From Eledone cirrhosa (Eukaryota), in NCBI GenBank assembly GCA_964016885.1, contig OZ024745.1:45570001-45634000 (forward strand): DNA of 64,000 nt, given 5' to 3'. Every line of letters starts with the position of its first letter. Positions within the stretch are counted from its first letter, which is position 1. The translations under genes were made by a program, and so were the position numbers. Below, piece after piece: positions 1 to 11,234 of the stretch. Below the pieces are notes generated by a model. The model worked only from the letters and a program-made list of their open reading frames with translations. It had not been told where the DNA came from and searched no databases.

Positions 1-152
1 TTTCCGCAACATTTGATTGCACTGTTCTGTTTCCACTTATGTATTTTTCGAAAATGTTATTTACTCATTATAAAAATTACATGATAGCATTCTAAATGTT
101 GGTGGGCCCCCTTCATCTTCTGACAACCAACATTTTTAGACCCAGTCCGCCA

Positions 153-246
<94 letters not shown>

Positions 247-344
247 AACAAAGAAAGTGTGGTAAGGAACCAGGTGGACCATACTGCACCAGAGTACTAT
301 ATACTTAGGCTAGTAGAGGACCCTTTTCCTATATATATATATAT

Positions 345-536
345 ATAGGAACCAGTAAGACCCCGACGGCTGAGCTCAAGCCGTTTCGACGGCTAATTCT
401 GGACAGAATTAGCCGTCGAAACGGCTTGAGCTCAGCCGTCGGGGTCTTACTGGTTCCTATTACCCACTCTACTACCCCAAGTATTGAGTACTTTGGTGCG
501 TTATGGTCCACCTGGTTCCTTACCACTTTTCCTTCG

Positions 537-538
<2 letters not shown>
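345..538. mobile_element. Fold-back mini-element, family A (PLE pLTR-like), carrying the 3' half of a hammerhead
   Basis: Perfect 57-bp inverted repeat 345-401/404-460 plus one-sided tail 461-538, (TA)n on both sides; GAAACGGC-ttgagctca-GCCGTC. Related pieces at 244-330, ~18103-18162 and 57215-57290. Confidence 0.75.
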
Positions 539-603
<65 letters not shown>

Positions 604-604
604 G

Positions 605-655
<51 letters not shown>

Positions 656-658
<3 letters not shown>

Positions 659-1520
659 TAAATCGTGTCTGTAGAATCAATCAGATATTAAAATATATAC
701 TATTTCTTCCTCTAATCAGCATAATTAACCATATACATAATCAAATCCAGCAAGCTTTAAGAATAAATTTTCTAACGGGGAAATCTCCGACAAATAACTG
801 ACCGCAGCTAGTTCGCGATAACTCCGTTCCATTATTTATCAAACACTTCGGCAGCATGCAGAATCCGATCAAATACATCGTCAACCGCACGTAATTAGTA
901 GTAAAATTAAACTTAGAAGAAATGCGCACATACCGTAATTATATCTCTACCATGGTTTCTTCCTTGTTTAGGACATCCAAATAATATGGATTTGCTTTGA
1001 GTCAGGAATCATCAGGAGACAAACTCAGAAATAGACATTTAATTTCTCAGACCGAACCCGCCAAATTTAGATTCAAAAATGGCTAAGATCGCTATGTAGC
1101 TGTGTACCAGCCAGAGAGAAAGCGTGTGATTGGCTGCTTACGGCGGGTAGGCATGCTGCTAGAAATCGCAGCCATATATCGCCAAATTTAATCTCAACCG
1201 ATAGGGAGATTATTAAATATAGAGGTTATCACATACATAAAATTAAATTAAATTAAATCAAAGATACATATATGTGTTGCAACTGTTCACTTTTAAGCTC
1301 AATGAAGAATTAATAAATTAAAATCAAAAAATCAGAGCATTATATCATAAATCGTGTCTATAGAATCAATCAGATATTAAAGTATATACTATTTCTTCTT
1401 CTAATCAGCAAAATTAACCATATACATAATCAAATCTAGCAAGCTTTAAGAATAAATTTTCTAACGGGGAAATCTCCGACAAATAATTGACCGCAGCTAG
1501 TTCGCGATAACTCCGTTCCA
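656..1520 (-). mobile_element. Retrozyme-like non-coding unit (689-nt period, 176-nt terminal direct repeat)
   Basis: 656-831 repeated at 1345-1520; TA tracts on both sides; one HHR; homologous to 4889-5673. Confidence 0.8.
943..1020 (-). ncRNA. Type I hammerhead ribozyme, 49-nt domain II
   Basis: Minus strand: GTCTC-CTGATGA-TTCCT...AGGAA-GAAA-CCATGG-TA^GAGAT. Confidence 0.85.
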
Positions 1521-2222
1521 TATATATATATATAATTAAATTGAATACTACAACAAAAACAGAACAAGGAGGAACGCAAGGATGTGCGTTTCGTTGAGCG
1601 AACTCACCGTATTCAACTTGAAGTGTTTCAAAAATAGAGAGCTTCCGTCAGGAGAAAACAAGAGTTTTCTGGGTTTTATGGGGAAAGTAATATTGAGAGA
1701 AGAATATTACTTATATTACAGAGGATAATCTACCGAGTAGTGGATTACAGGTTAAAATATAGTCTAGATAGATATGAAACAAAACGAGGATGTAGTTTAT
1801 GGACCATATTTATATTACTAAAATGAATAAAGAGGTCATCGCTCGCCGATGATCCTAATTAATCATTGAACTTTAGCATTTATGGTTCTGTAGACACAAA
1901 GGAATTATGTGCGAGACAGTAAAATAGTTATTTAATGTACGGTATGTTCCATTTGACATTTTTGTTAAACTGCCTATATTGCTCATTTCTAATTATATGT
2001 TCTTACATCCTTTGCAAATAATCTCGTGTTTTAATGTGTGTGTATATGTGTATGTATTCGTGTATCTGTGTGTGTATGCGTGTATGTGTGTGTGTGTGTG
2101 TTATTTTTTCTGTGGTTTAGCTTGGTTAACAGTAATCCACCTTTGCCTGTCATATTGACAATATATCCTCTATTCCCGTAGTAAAGCTAACTATTTCAGG
2201 TAAACTCATTATTATTTTATAG

Positions 2223-2293
2223 AGTTTTGCATCTATAAAATGGATGGATCCAAACATAATTTGGTCACAAATGATAACAACTAAAAGTGATGT
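2223..2293 (+). CDS. ret: RET-like receptor tyrosine kinase, internal exon (kinase subdomain VIII to start of IX)
   Basis: ttttatAG|AGT...GATGT|GTaagt; 71 nt; SFASIKWMDPNIIWSQMITTKSDV aligns by eye to RET [24 protein letters not shown]; phase 2 joins the 9394 exon (GT+A=Val). Upstream exons lie outside the window. Confidence 0.8.
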
Positions 2294-3438
2294 GTAAGTA
2301 TTATATTTTCTCTTTATTTAAATTATCAGCATTTCTTGTAATTAATTAATCGATAAAATATTATTACATTGGGAGGTTTGAAAGCCACTACAATGCACTT
2401 GCGGTGAAATATCCAGGTAACAAGATCGAGTGGTAACAAGTAATTTTGTGTTATGTCGTGAATATTAACAAGAAAAACGGGAGGAACCAGAGATGATGTT
2501 ACCTTTCAATTTATTAGATTATTTAAGATGTGGTAACCTACCTAGGTTACCACATCTTAAATATAGTAATTGAGTCAAACAATTATGACATAATTTTTGT
2601 TATCTTTGTGCAATATATATATTTTCAATATTTCGTTTGTGTTGCAAATAGAAGTTGCCGAAACATAACATGCTGAATGTTTAGTATTTTAGTTATTTCT
2701 TCTACTCTTGGCTCTAAAGCTTATCACTATACTTGTGATGTTTTATGTATGCATATGTATGCTTATTTTGTTTTAGCAGCGAAGTAGTAAGCCTCCTTGA
2801 TAACGGATAAAGAAACAGAAACATTACAATCAGGGTGTTATAGCGAAGCAAAAAGAATGTTCATTGTAAATTTCGTATATGATTCCATATACAACACTTG
2901 CATATACACATCAAACTTAATAAGGGTATACGAATAATCAATAATGAATATGACAAAACTGGAACAGAGTCGTGCGTTCAACACACACACACACATATAT
3001 ATATGGGTGTGTATGTAAATGCGTATATATATATATATATCGTACTGTTAGGCCTGGTAGTCACCTATTTAATTAATTATTAAAGTGAAGTGCTCTTGAA
3101 AGAATGAGTATCATTTGATGGGTAAATAAGCCATTTTATTGAACGTGAAGAATTCACTCTGCAAATGACAATAAGAAGTGCTTCAGTGTTTAAAGAATCA
3201 TGTTGAAACCTATGATAATTTTCTATTAGTAGTTAATTGAATTCTCTTCTGTGCTCAGTCTCTCTCTCTCGCTCTCTCTCTCTGGCTGTCTCTCTCAGTC
3301 CCTTATCCCCCCTCTCTATATACACAGAAACACACACACACACACACACACATATCTCTCTCCTCTCTCTCTCTCTCTATATATATATATATGTGTTTCT
3401 GTGTTTAGAGAGGGGGGATAAGGGACTGAGAGAGACAG

Positions 3439-3480
<42 letters not shown>

Positions 3481-3725
3481 AGCACAGAAGAGAATTCAAT
3501 TAACTACTAATAGAAAATTATCATAGGTTTCAATATATATATATATTTCGTTTCTGAATTTGTTTAGCAAGATATATATTGTTATACTTTGGGAGGGTCA
3601 TGTTGCCAATAGGAAATACCACACGCACCAGTCGCTTTCACTTCAATTTATTATAAATTTTATAAATATAAATTTTATAAATTTCCGGTTGGTTGGTTCC
3701 ACAACCGGATGGTTGTTCATATATT

Positions 3726-3768
3726 GTCAAAGTTCTTTCGTCACACATTCTGTGACCTCTTCAGTGAC
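3726..3768 (-). ncRNA. Minimal type I hammerhead in PLE pLTR
   Basis: GTCA-CTGAAGA-g-GTCACA gaa TGTGAC (written compactly)-GAAAGAACTT^TGAC; helix II GTCACA/TGTGAC fully paired. Confidence 0.75.
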
Positions 3769-4696
3769 TGGGGATTATTTTCTTTGTTTTGTGCCTCTCC
3801 TTTGTTCGGTCCTACGCCATCTTGTTTTTGTGTGTATTGTGTGCTTAGTTTGCGCATGCGTTTCATCCGGGTGTCTGTGTGTTTTTATTCGTTTATTTAT
3901 TTGTTTATTTACATGTTACTAGTTAGTTGGTTGTTCTATGCGTGTGTGTTTTCATTTTGCCCTTAATTATAAGTTGTGATGTTGCTATTCCATTCATGTT
4001 TTCTATTTAATTTTGGTTGGAGTTCATTTATGCTACGAGCTGTCTCACCTATGTACATTATATTCTTATTTTTACATTGTCCCTCAGTACATCTTATGCT
4101 ATATACTACGTTTCTAGTTTTACAGTTAATATGGGGGCTTAGATAGGAAATGCATAATCTGTAAGCTAAGCCCACATATTAACTGTAAAACTAGAAACAT
4201 AGTATATAGTATAAGATGTACTGAGGGACAATGTAAAAATAAGAATATAATGTACATAAGTGAGACAGCTCGTAGCATAGGAGAACGATTAAATGAACAC
4301 TGGCGAGAACTCCAAGATAGAAAAGGCTCATCAATACTCCACTAATATGCTAAAATAGAACATAACGTCAAATTAGAGAACATAGAGATAAAAATAGAAT
4401 CTACGCACAGAAAAGACGCAATGCTTAGACAAATCACAGAGGCAATAAACATAAATGAACTCCAACCAAAATTATATAGAAAACATGAATGGAATAGCAA
4501 CATCACAACTTATAATTAAGGACAAAATGAAAACACACACACAGAACAAACAACTAACTAGTAACATGTAAATAAACAAATAAAAACACAGACACCCGGA
4601 TGTAACACATGCGCAAACTAAGCATACAACACACACAAAAACAAGATGGCGTAGGAAAGAAGAAATGAGAGGCACAGAACAAAGAAAAGAATCCCA

Positions 4697-4739
4697 GTCA
4701 CTGAAGAGGTTACAGAATGTGTGACGAAAGAACTTTGAC
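4697..4739 (+). ncRNA. Minimal type I hammerhead in PLE pLTR
   Basis: GTCA-CTGAAGA-gGTTACA...TGTGAC-GAAAGAACTT^TGAC; same sense as the GIY-YIG ORF. Confidence 0.75.
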
Positions 4740-4888
4740 AATATATGAACAACCATCCGGTTATGGAACCAACCAACCAACCGGAAATTTATAAAATTTA
4801 TAATAAATTGAAGTGAAAACAACTGGTGCGTGTGTTTCTTATTTGCAACATGACCCTCCCAAAGTATAACAATATATATATATATATA

Positions 4889-5671
4889 CTATAAAGTATG
4901 TCCATAAAATCATTTGATAATATATATACACCATTTCCTCTCCCAATTACCATAATTAACCACACAAAAAATCAATTAGACCAGGCTATAAGATTAAAAG
5001 GCACCTATGAAGAAATAGTAGATAAATAAACGACAGCAATCTCTTCGCGACCAACCGCAATAGAATGTTTACCCAACATTTCAACAGCACGTGGAAATCG
5101 ATTAAATATACCGTCAACCATACACAATTAGGTATAAAATTAAAGTTAGAAGAAAAAATGCATATACACATACCAGGATTACATTTCTACCCTAGGGTTT
5201 CGTTCGCTTTCGGAAATATCCTTATTAAGGATAAAATCACGAGCTTCGGACTCATCAGGAAACAAACTCATTTGGACAAAGAATTTTCTTAAGTGATCTC
5301 CGCCAGAAACGAATTCAAAATGGCTAAGAACTGTGACGTGGCAGTGGTCAAGTCAGAAAGAATGTGATTGGTTGCTTACGGCGAGTGGGCTGGTTGCTAG
5401 AAAGCGCAGCCCAATATTGCCCAAATTGCATCTCAACCTTATGGGAGATTATTAAATAAAAAGATTTACATATACACAAACTAGACAAAGTCACAGATGT
5501 GGCTCAATGATGAATTAATAAATTAAATAATCAGAGCAATATACTATAAAGTATGTCCATAAAATCATTTGATAATATATATATACACTATTTCCTCTCC
5601 CAATTAGCATAATTAACCACACAAAAAATCAATTAGACCAGGCTATAAGATTAAAAGGCACCTATGAAGAA

Positions 5672-5673
<2 letters not shown>
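4889..5673 (-). mobile_element. Retrozyme-like non-coding unit (655-nt period, ~128-nt terminal direct repeat)
   Basis: 4889-5016 repeated at 5544-5673; diverged paralogue of 656-1520; TA-flanked. Confidence 0.8.
5183..5263 (-). ncRNA. Type I hammerhead ribozyme, 50-nt domain II
   Basis: GTTTC-CTGATGA-GTCCG...CGAAC-GAAA-CCCTAGGG-TA^GAAAT. Confidence 0.85.
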
Positions 5674-5709
<36 letters not shown>

Positions 5710-8700
5710 CTTCATAGTGCCTATCCCCAACACTTTGTATGTCGCTCTCTTGTGTTTCAGTATGCTTATTTCTTTGACTTCTAGAACACAGTTAATAATA
5801 TAGTTAAATCTAAAATATGCGTTGTATAATGTGTTGCAATATTTCTGCTGTTACTTATGGCAAACATAGAGCATTAACCTCTCAACGATTCTACGTGATG
5901 GTATGGCATCATTATGATAATACCGATTTGCCTATCAAATGAGCATTAATTAAAATCCCCTTTTGGGCCTTTTGGTTTTCTATTCAATCTTAAAGCTAAT
6001 TAACTTGGTTCAAGTATCTGTAGTATATAAATTACTTTTCTTTATGTAGCATATTGTATACATATCATTTTCAAATTTTCACAATGGTGGGCCTATTGTA
6101 TTGTAGTATTGCATTCAGGCATACAGCTTCAGTTTATAGAAAACAATACATTTCATGTTAGAAAGTTCTTTTTTATAATAATTTCCTAAATAAAATAAAA
6201 TAGCAACGAGATTTCTCTATATGTTATACATATCAGGTCTCCTTATTAATAAGATAACAAAAGTGCTTAATATTTTGTATTCAATTACACTAAATCAAGA
6301 ACAAGAAAAATAATAAAATTAAATTATAATATTGATCCAGCTGTGTTCGTATTGTCCTAATTTCTTAATATACTGTAAAACTATACTAATGATACCAAAG
6401 TAAGCGCTAACACATTTACTATTGTGCGTACAATAATTCAATTCATGAGATTTATACTTGTATTGAGAAAAGGTAAACTTTGATTAACAGTGTTTAATTC
6501 AACCGAACAAAGGCAAAAGGCCACAATTAAATAATTGAAAAAAAATGATAAATATATACTAATAGGAGTTGAGACATGGAGTGCAGTTTATGTAAATTAT
6601 AAATAAAAAATGTGGTGTAATTGTTTATTTGACAACGTTACAAATAAATTGACTGTATAGGCCTTCTTCGCTTACTTATTCATATGAGTATATGAGTTTT
6701 CAGACACGCCTTCTAGAGGGCACTATCAGAAGCAACCGCCTCGAATTAATTCGGATGGATCCAAATGGGATAGTAATCGAGTTCATGGATGTTATCTAAC
6801 CGTCTTGCTCAGGATATATTCCTGGGTTCCCTGTCGGTTGGCTTTGCCTCGGGACCACCGCATGGAGCCAAGGTTAACTCGATTCATTCATACTTATTTA
6901 GCTCATTCAGAATATAGAACGATAGCAAATTAATAGACGTACCACTGGTTGTCTAAACTTCAAATCACCTGAAATATGAGTATTCTTAAATACCTTTCCG
7001 AGAGACAATATAGATACTGAATCCAAAATGATTAATAAATTAGATATTATAATATACTATGTAAGAATCTCTAAATATTGGAAGTCTACTCGTTTTAAGC
7101 ATCGGATTTTCTTTTGTATCCAGCATCTCCCCCAACGGAGTACTTACACTTTCTAAAAGCAGATTGTCAAATAAGTTTAAACCGATCAATATATAAATAC
7201 TACGCTGTAAATGGCTGAGCGTTTTGGCTAACATTTGCAGAAATCCGGTGTACTCTGTCCATATTTTGCTGGATGTTTTCTTTTTTATGAATTATTAGAG
7301 CGAAAAAATGGATACAATGAAAATCAATAGTTTTAATATAAGCAGAATACTCGTCAATAGCATTAATTGTATAAATGACAAAATACCTTTCAATATTCTA
7401 CCCACTCACGTATTAACAACCTTACTTACCATACGACTGCTACTTCTAAAATCTAATATCACTATAGTTAATATCCTGTCATGCATATTGAGTTGATTAC
7501 CTTAGTGTAAGAATGATGCTGATTCTATATATTTGAGAGGCACAAAATTAGAAATCGTAAAATACTATTCTAATAAATTCACATCACCAGCCATATCAGC
7601 TTCCCAACATCACGAGGTCGATTATCCCCTCCCACCACCTGCCACCAGTATGTTTGTAATCATAATAATAATTTCTGATTTAGATACAAAAGATTTTGAA
7701 ACTAACTTTTTAAAGTAGACATATATTCTTCATAATTATTCTCTAAACGTTACACTTTGCTATCTTATCAACTTTCAGAATTGAATGACAGGTGATGATG
7801 CTGTTTTATTCTGCATCATGTCAATCTTGATTAAGCACACCTATAGAAAATGTATTCAATCCTCCACCATCTCGCATTTTTAGGAGGTAGATTCCTTGCT
7901 TTTCGGACTATAGTATCCAATATGGCAGTCCTTTTTTATCATTTTATGGTATGATATGAGGGATTTATATTAGCCATATTTCGCAGTCTGAACATTCATT
8001 TCAATGTTTCGATGCTTCGTAGGATTATAGTTGATATAATATGTAAGGCTTTTATGACAGTTGTAAACAAAATATGTATATGTTTAGATGGCGGTATACC
8101 CTATTTCTATTCGTAATCCAGACTATAAATAATACTGTTATACAAGCCAAAAAAGGAAATGTTGAAGCTGTGCAGACAGCAATCTCTTGAGTAAATAGGA
8201 CAAATTTCCCTGTTACAAAAGCAGCCGACAAAGCAAAATCTCCAGCCATCTAGATAATTTCTGGTTAAAGGTGGCAACCTTTCGCTCAATCATTCAACAT
8301 AGCAACATTTTAAGCAAGACAACATATCGAACCAACAAGGAAACCTCTCAAGTTAAGGAATTTATCAGTTATTCAATAAGGCGATATTTCAAGTCAGTCA
8401 CTCAACAATTTGACCTAGCAAGACAACATAACTGAGCCAAGAAACTATTTTATTTTTTCGATCCAACGTAGAAATCTCTTTAGTGAAACTCTTGAGTCTG
8501 TGCATTTGATTGATCTGCTAGAAATATCAGTCAAATCTCCCCCAAACCACTTCCCATCATCATACAAGGGGAGGGCATTATATAGTCTTCAATATCCTCT
8601 ACTACCCAGCCAGTGCAGCTTAAAAGATCTCGCAGAATTTAATAATAATGCAAAGGACTGTGTAAAGAAATGGGAAACTGTCATATAACGACATGCTTCG

Positions 8701-9393
8701 AAGAGACGAAAAGTAGAAGAAGAATATATTATAAGAATATATAAGATGGAAAGTTTCCTGAATTAGACCTAACATGGTTCAAATAATAATACCTCGTTCA
8801 AATTTAAAGACGTTAATACTGTTGAGATATTTCCTTATATAACAAAAGATATATTAAAATAAGAAAAATTAAATACTATTCGGAATTTCGTCTGGTGTTT
8901 TATTATTGTTTTATTATTGTTGCCATACTCAGTTTTACTGATATACATAACGAAGATTAGAAAATTTATTGTTGCTATATTCTAAATATATTCGTGTTAT
9001 TTTATCTGAGCTTTAGCTATAATATAATTGGATATAAACTATTTTATAAATACAACTAGTTTTTAAAAACCTTCTATCTTTATACTAAAACATTACGAGA
9101 GGCATCCTTACCTGTTGTTATATATAGGTACATCTAGTAAGGATAGCCTGTTGGCTGAAATAAGACAGTACCGAATTAAATAAATTTAATTTTGCCCTCT
9201 TCCGTTCTGAGTTTACAATCTGCTAAAGTCAATTTTGGCTGTGAATTAATTATTCGATGCTAATAAAAGTAGTACACAACTTAGTAATCTATGATATTTC
9301 TCTCCTAGGTAATTGCCCTGTTGGTTACGGAAAGGTCTGTGTTTTATATATACTTCTTAATTTACTGATTTCTTACAACTTCGTATTTTTCAG

Positions 9394-9434
9394 ATGGTCA
9401 TTTGCTGTAGTTCTCTGGGAAATAGTTACATTCG
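9394..9434 (+). CDS. ret: RET-like RTK exon (subdomain IX)
   Basis: ttttcAG|A TGG...TTC G|GTaagt; 41 nt; WSFAVVLWEIVTFG. Confidence 0.9.
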
Positions 9435-9733
9435 GTAAGTTTGGTTTGCTAGTTCATATATTGCTTTCATTCATTTTGGATTTCTCAGTACGGATGCTAC
9501 ACAAAACGAAAGTATTTCTAACACATTTGTATCTGTTTTATAATTATAAATATTAAAGGATAGTAATATATGCTTCCTTCTTCAAGGGCAGGTAATTGCC
9601 GGAATTAGTATCCCTTCCGATAAAATACCATTGTGATATTTGTTCTGGTTTTACGCGTTAGTGGTTCAAATTCCGCCGAGGTCAACCCTGTCATACATCC
9701 TTCGGAGGTCAATAAAATTAGGATCTCGTCAAA

Positions 9734-9779
<46 letters not shown>

Positions 9780-9896
9780 CTGAGTTAGAAACTCAAAGTA
9801 GTCTCTTACAACAGGTTTGCTAGGGTGAAAAATACGGTTTGCCAAACTTAATTTAAGAAAAATAATAACAAACCTATATTGGGCAACTGCCTGAAA

Positions 9897-9977
9897 ACAC
9901 CTAGACAGTTAGAGAAACTCTTTCGCAAAATCATATTAAGCGAAGTCATCACCATTTCTCTGCTCATCAGTAGGTGT
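9897..9977 (-). ncRNA. Type I hammerhead ribozyme, 39-nt domain II, in TA-flanked unit ~9779-10141
   Basis: ACACCTA-CTGATGA-GCAGA...TTTGC-GAAA-gAGTT tctct AACTg-TC^TAGGTGT; perfect 7-bp helix I, one G.G mismatch in helix III. Confidence 0.8.
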
Positions 9978-10880
9978 CAAGAAATTAGCGATCCTTCCAC
10001 TTCTAAAAATATTAGAAAACTGAATTGTGTGCGATATGAAATAACACACATGTCTTCGAAACCTAGCTTGTCTCGAAAACCTATGCCGCTAAAAATAGCA
10101 GCCTGGTTAATACGATATTAAAATTAGCTCTACATGAAGGAATATATATATATATATATACTGAGTTAGAAACTCAAAGTAGTCTCTTGCAATTAAATAG
10201 CTCTAAGAAAAAAGCTTTTCCGAACCGTGTAATATAATTGAATATACAAGAGAGATGAACACTAATATAAGCATACATGTGTCCGAATTGTAAGGACCAG
10301 GTTTGCTAGGGTGAAAAAATACTAACTACAGCAATATGGTTTGCCACCCAATATAAGTTTGTTATTATTTTTCTTAATTTACTACTTTAAATTAAGTCTG
10401 GCAAACCATATTGCTGTAGCAAACCTGGTCCTTACAATTCGGACACATGTATGCTTCGAAATGCTTTTAATTAAGCATACAGTGTATTGCAAAATACACT
10501 ATACATACATTCATATATATATAGCTATTTCAGAGCACCAATTCTAATTTTCAATTTCGGCTTGACCGGTAACCGCTCTGTATAATCAGTTCCTGATTAT
10601 TTACTAGAATTCTATAAGAACCAAACATCCATGATTTCAGCAAACAGGAGGAGTAGTTGGCTTTGATAAGCATCAATAAATGCGAAACAAGGCCTTGTCA
10701 GCTTTATCTCCCCCTGTTTGCTGTACATTAAAGTAAGTGAGTCTGTCACTACTCTAAAACAACAGCATAAGGTCTTCGAAATGCTTTTAATTAAGCATAC
10801 AGTGTATTGCAAAATACACTATATATACATTCATATATATATAGCTATTTCAGAGCACCAATTCTAATTTTTTTTATTAA

Positions 10881-10923
<43 letters not shown>

Positions 10924-10942
10924 AAATATATATATATGTGTG

Positions 10943-11190
10943 TGCAGGCACGTAGCCTAGTGGTAAGATTCCTGGGTTGCGTGTTGTGTTCTTGAGCAAA
11001 ACACTTCATTTCAGGTTGTTCCAGTATACTCAGCTGGAAATGAGTACCAGCAATAACTGGAGGTTTAACCCTGCGATGGACTGGCGTCCTGTCCAGAGGG
11101 GAGTCTTGTACTCTCAGTTGCTTCACGCCATGAAACCGCGATAAGCACCGGCCAAATGAGCCTTCTGGCTTAAGACAGACTTTAGACTTT
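10943..11190 (+). mobile_element. tRNA-derived SINE with V/Meta-SINE-like core
   Basis: A-box-like TAGCCTAGTGG; core CCCTGCGATGGACTGGCGTCCTGTCCAG; agacttt repeat tail; second copy at 18172-18452. Confidence 0.7.
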
Positions 11191-11234
11191 ATATATATAT
11201 ATATATATATAGTAAAAAGAACAAAGGGAAGCAC

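Larger units (their letters stand above)
3550..4873. mobile_element. Penelope-like element 3' fragment (GIY-YIG endonuclease + pLTR) duplicated as an inverted pair
   Basis: + arm from ~4169 encodes PHINCKTRNIVYSIRC...MYISETARSIGERLNEH...LRQITEAININELQPKLYRKHEW (one internal stop); - arm has VVY...YIGETAR with an internal deletion; flanked by TA runs. Confidence 0.9.

Noticed and set aside
1571-1658. HHR-like motif on minus (CTGACGG...GAAACGCA-catcct-TGCGTT)
   Set aside because: A9 is missing and there is no helix I complementarity; at best a decayed copy.
656-5673. LTR retrotransposon/TRIM or CRISPR-like reading of the direct repeats
   Set aside because: No TG...CA ends, PBS/PPT or regular repeat-spacer pattern.
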